This document shows positions 61,672-64,000 of a stretch of DNA of 64,000 nucleotides, piece by piece. The stretch spans positions 122,450,001 through 122,514,000 of the forward strand of contig CM069131.1 in assembly GCA_035221665.1 (NCBI GenBank), given 5' to 3'. Position numbers and translations under genes: made by a program. The stretch is from Okamejei kenojei (lineage: Eukaryota). Every line of letters begins with the position of its first letter. Position 1 is the first letter of the stretch. The notes under the pieces are model-generated. The model worked only from the letters and a program-made list of their open reading frames with translations, did not search any database and was not told where the DNA came from.

Positions 61672-64000
61672 TAGGTGGTACATATAGGTACCAATAACAT
61701 AGGTAGAAAAAGAGAAGAGGTCCTGAAAGGAGAATTTAGGGAGTTAGGAGGAGAGTTAAGGAGAAGGTAACAATCTCAGGATTACTGCCTGTGCCAAGCG
61801 ACAGTGAGAGTAGAAATGGAGCGAGGTGGAGGATAAATGCGTGGCTAAAGGACTGGTGCAGAGGGCAGAGATTCAAGTTTCTGGATCATTGGGACCTCTT
61901 TTGGGGAAGGTGTGACCTGTACAAAAAGGACGGGTTGCACTTGAACCCGAGGGGAACCAATATCCTGGTGGGGAGATTTGCAAAGGCTACTGGGGAGACT
62001 TTAAACTAGATCGGTTGGGGGGAGGGACTCAAATAGAGAAAGCAAGTAGACAGGGTCTGAGGCAGGAGGCAGAGAAGAGAAGCAGTCAGACGCAACACGT
62101 AGGGGGGAAAGAAGAAAAAAATAATAAACAGAATAAGAAGTGGAGGGTTTCTTAAATGTGGGAGCAGAGAGACAGAGGGGTGTAAAATGAGGATAGGAGC
62201 AAAGCCTGAAGGCTTTGTATCTCAATGCGAGCATTCGTAATAAGGTGGATGAGTTGAATGTGCAGATAGCTATTAATAATTATGATATAGTTGGGATCAT
62301 GGAGACATGGCTCCAGGGTGACCAAGGCTGGGAGCTGAACATCCAGGGATATTCAATATTCAGGAAGGATAGACAGAGAGGAAAAGGAGGTGGGGTAGCG
62401 TTGCTGGTTAGAGAGGAGATTAACGCAATAGAAATGAAGGACAATAGCTTGGAGCATGTGGAAGTGATATGGGTGGAGCTGCGAAACACTAAGGGACAGA
62501 AAACGCTAGTGGGTGTTGTGTACAGGCCACCTAACAGTAGTAGTGGAGTTGGGGATGGCATCAAACAGGAAATTAGAAACGCGTGCAATGAAGGTAAAAC
62601 CGTTATAATGGGTGACTTCAATCTACATATAGATTGGGTTTTTCCCATTGAGGGTAGGGAAGATGATACGTTTTTCCCATTGAGGGTAGGGAAGATTCAA
62701 ACAAGAGGGCATGACATGAGAATTAAGGGACAGAAGTTTCGGGGTAACATGAGGGGGAACTTCTTTACTCTACTTTACTTTAAGGGTGGTGGCTGTGTGG
62801 AATGAGCTTCCAGCAGAAGTGGTGGAGGCAGGATCGATTTTAACATTTAAGACTAAAGTGGATAGGTATATGGACGTGAAGGGAATGGAGGGGTATGGTC
62901 TGAGTGCAGGTAGATGGGACTAGGGGAAAACAAATGGTCGGCACGGACTGGAAGGGCCGAGAGGGCCTGTTTCCGTGCTGTAATTGTTATATGGTTATAT
63001 GGTTATATGGGTGAATCAAATTGGCAGGGGTGCTGAGGAAGAGGATTTCTTGGAATGTATGCGGGATAGTTTTCTAACCCATCATGTAGAGGAACCAACG
63101 AGAGAGCAGGCTATTCTAGACTGGGTATTGAGTAATGAGGAAGGGTTAGTTAGCAGCCTTGTTGTACATGGCCCCTTGGGCAAGAGTGACCATAATATGG
63201 TTGAGTTCTTCATTAGGATGGAGAGTGACATTGTTAATTCAGAAACACGGGTCCTGAACTTAAAGAAAGGTAACTTTGAGGGTATGAGACGTGAATTGGC
63301 CAAGATAGACTGGCAATTGATTCTTGAAGGGTTGACGATGGATATGAAATGGAAGGTATTTAAAGACTGCGTGGATGAACTACAACAATTGTTCATCCCA
63401 GTATGGCAAAAGAATAAATCAGGGAAGGTAGCGCTTCCGCGGATAACAAGGGAAATCAGGGATAGTATCAAAGCAAAAGATGAGGTGTATCAAATTAGCC
63501 AGAAAAAGCAGCCTACCAGAGGACTGGGAGAAATTCAGAGGACAAAGGGCTTAATTAGGAAAAGGAAAATGGATTATGAAAGAAAACTGGCAGGAAAAAT
63601 AAAAACTGACTGCAAAGGTTTTTATTGATATGTGAAGCGAAAAAGATTAGTTAAAACAAATGTAGATCCCTTGCAGTCAGAAACTGGTGAATTGATCATG
63701 GGGAACAAGGACATGGCAGACCAATTAAATAACTACTTTGGTTCCGTCTTCATTAAGGAAGACAAATAATCTGCTAGAAATAGCAGGGGACCGGGGGTCA
63801 AATGAGATGGAGGAACTGAGTGAAATCCAGGTTAGCCGGGAAGTGGTGTTGGGTAAATTGAATGGATTAAAGGCCGATAAATCCCCAGGGCCAGATAGGC
63901 TGCATCCCAGGGTACTTAAGGAAGTAGCCCCAGAAATAGCGGATGCCTTAGTGATAATTTTTCATAACTCTTTAGATTCTGGAGTAGTTTCTGAGGATTG
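61672..64000 (+). mobile_element. Young CR1 LINE: ORF1 esterase-like (SGNH) end and ORF2 APE endonuclease, running off the window
   Basis: HIGTNNI..ISGLLPV..INAWLKDWCRGQRFKFLDHW..KDGLHLN (CR1 ORF1); YLNA.SIRNKVDEL..ETWL..FRKDR..GGGVAL..VYRPP..MGDFN..PTREQAILDWVL..SDHN. 63640-64000 matches 42690-43060 in reverse. Confidence 0.93.
62639..63008 (+). mobile_element. Second-subfamily CR1 3' end nested inside the endonuclease domain
   Basis: Interrupts ..HIDW|VNQIG; TRGHDMRIKG..RGNFFT; (TATATGGT)n tail; TGGGT at both junctions. Confidence 0.85.

Overview
Eukaryotic, not microbial, DNA. It is most likely from a cartilaginous fish (skate/ray/shark), judged from HE1-like tRNA-derived SINEs and abundant CR1 (HER1-like) LINEs. 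The window lies wholly inside a FAT1-type giant protocadherin gene on the + strand. Four coding exons are present (4763-5077, 39519-39580, 53329->53650 with its end in an N gap, 56489-56699), and their splice phases are compatible. The introns are packed with decayed mobile DNA: CR1, L2, Rex1/Babar and RTE LINEs, Penelope-like elements (PLEs), SINEs, a Tc1 copy and MITEs. Almost all short ORFs in the supplied track are repeat-derived or noise. The most notable hidden layer is a family of short PLE-derived inserts carrying a minimal hammerhead-ribozyme motif (CTGAAGA-hairpin-GAAACGTC). They occur as solos, as fold-back palindromes with target-site duplications (TSDs), as three serial insertions at one 13-bp target, and as a composite unit copied to both sides of an in-frame FAT1 exon. 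Next to that exon is a MITE carrying six phased CCAAT boxes. No wholly new protein-coding system is evident. Repeat family names come from recognising motifs by eye, and repeat boundaries are approximate unless a TSD or TIR is cited.
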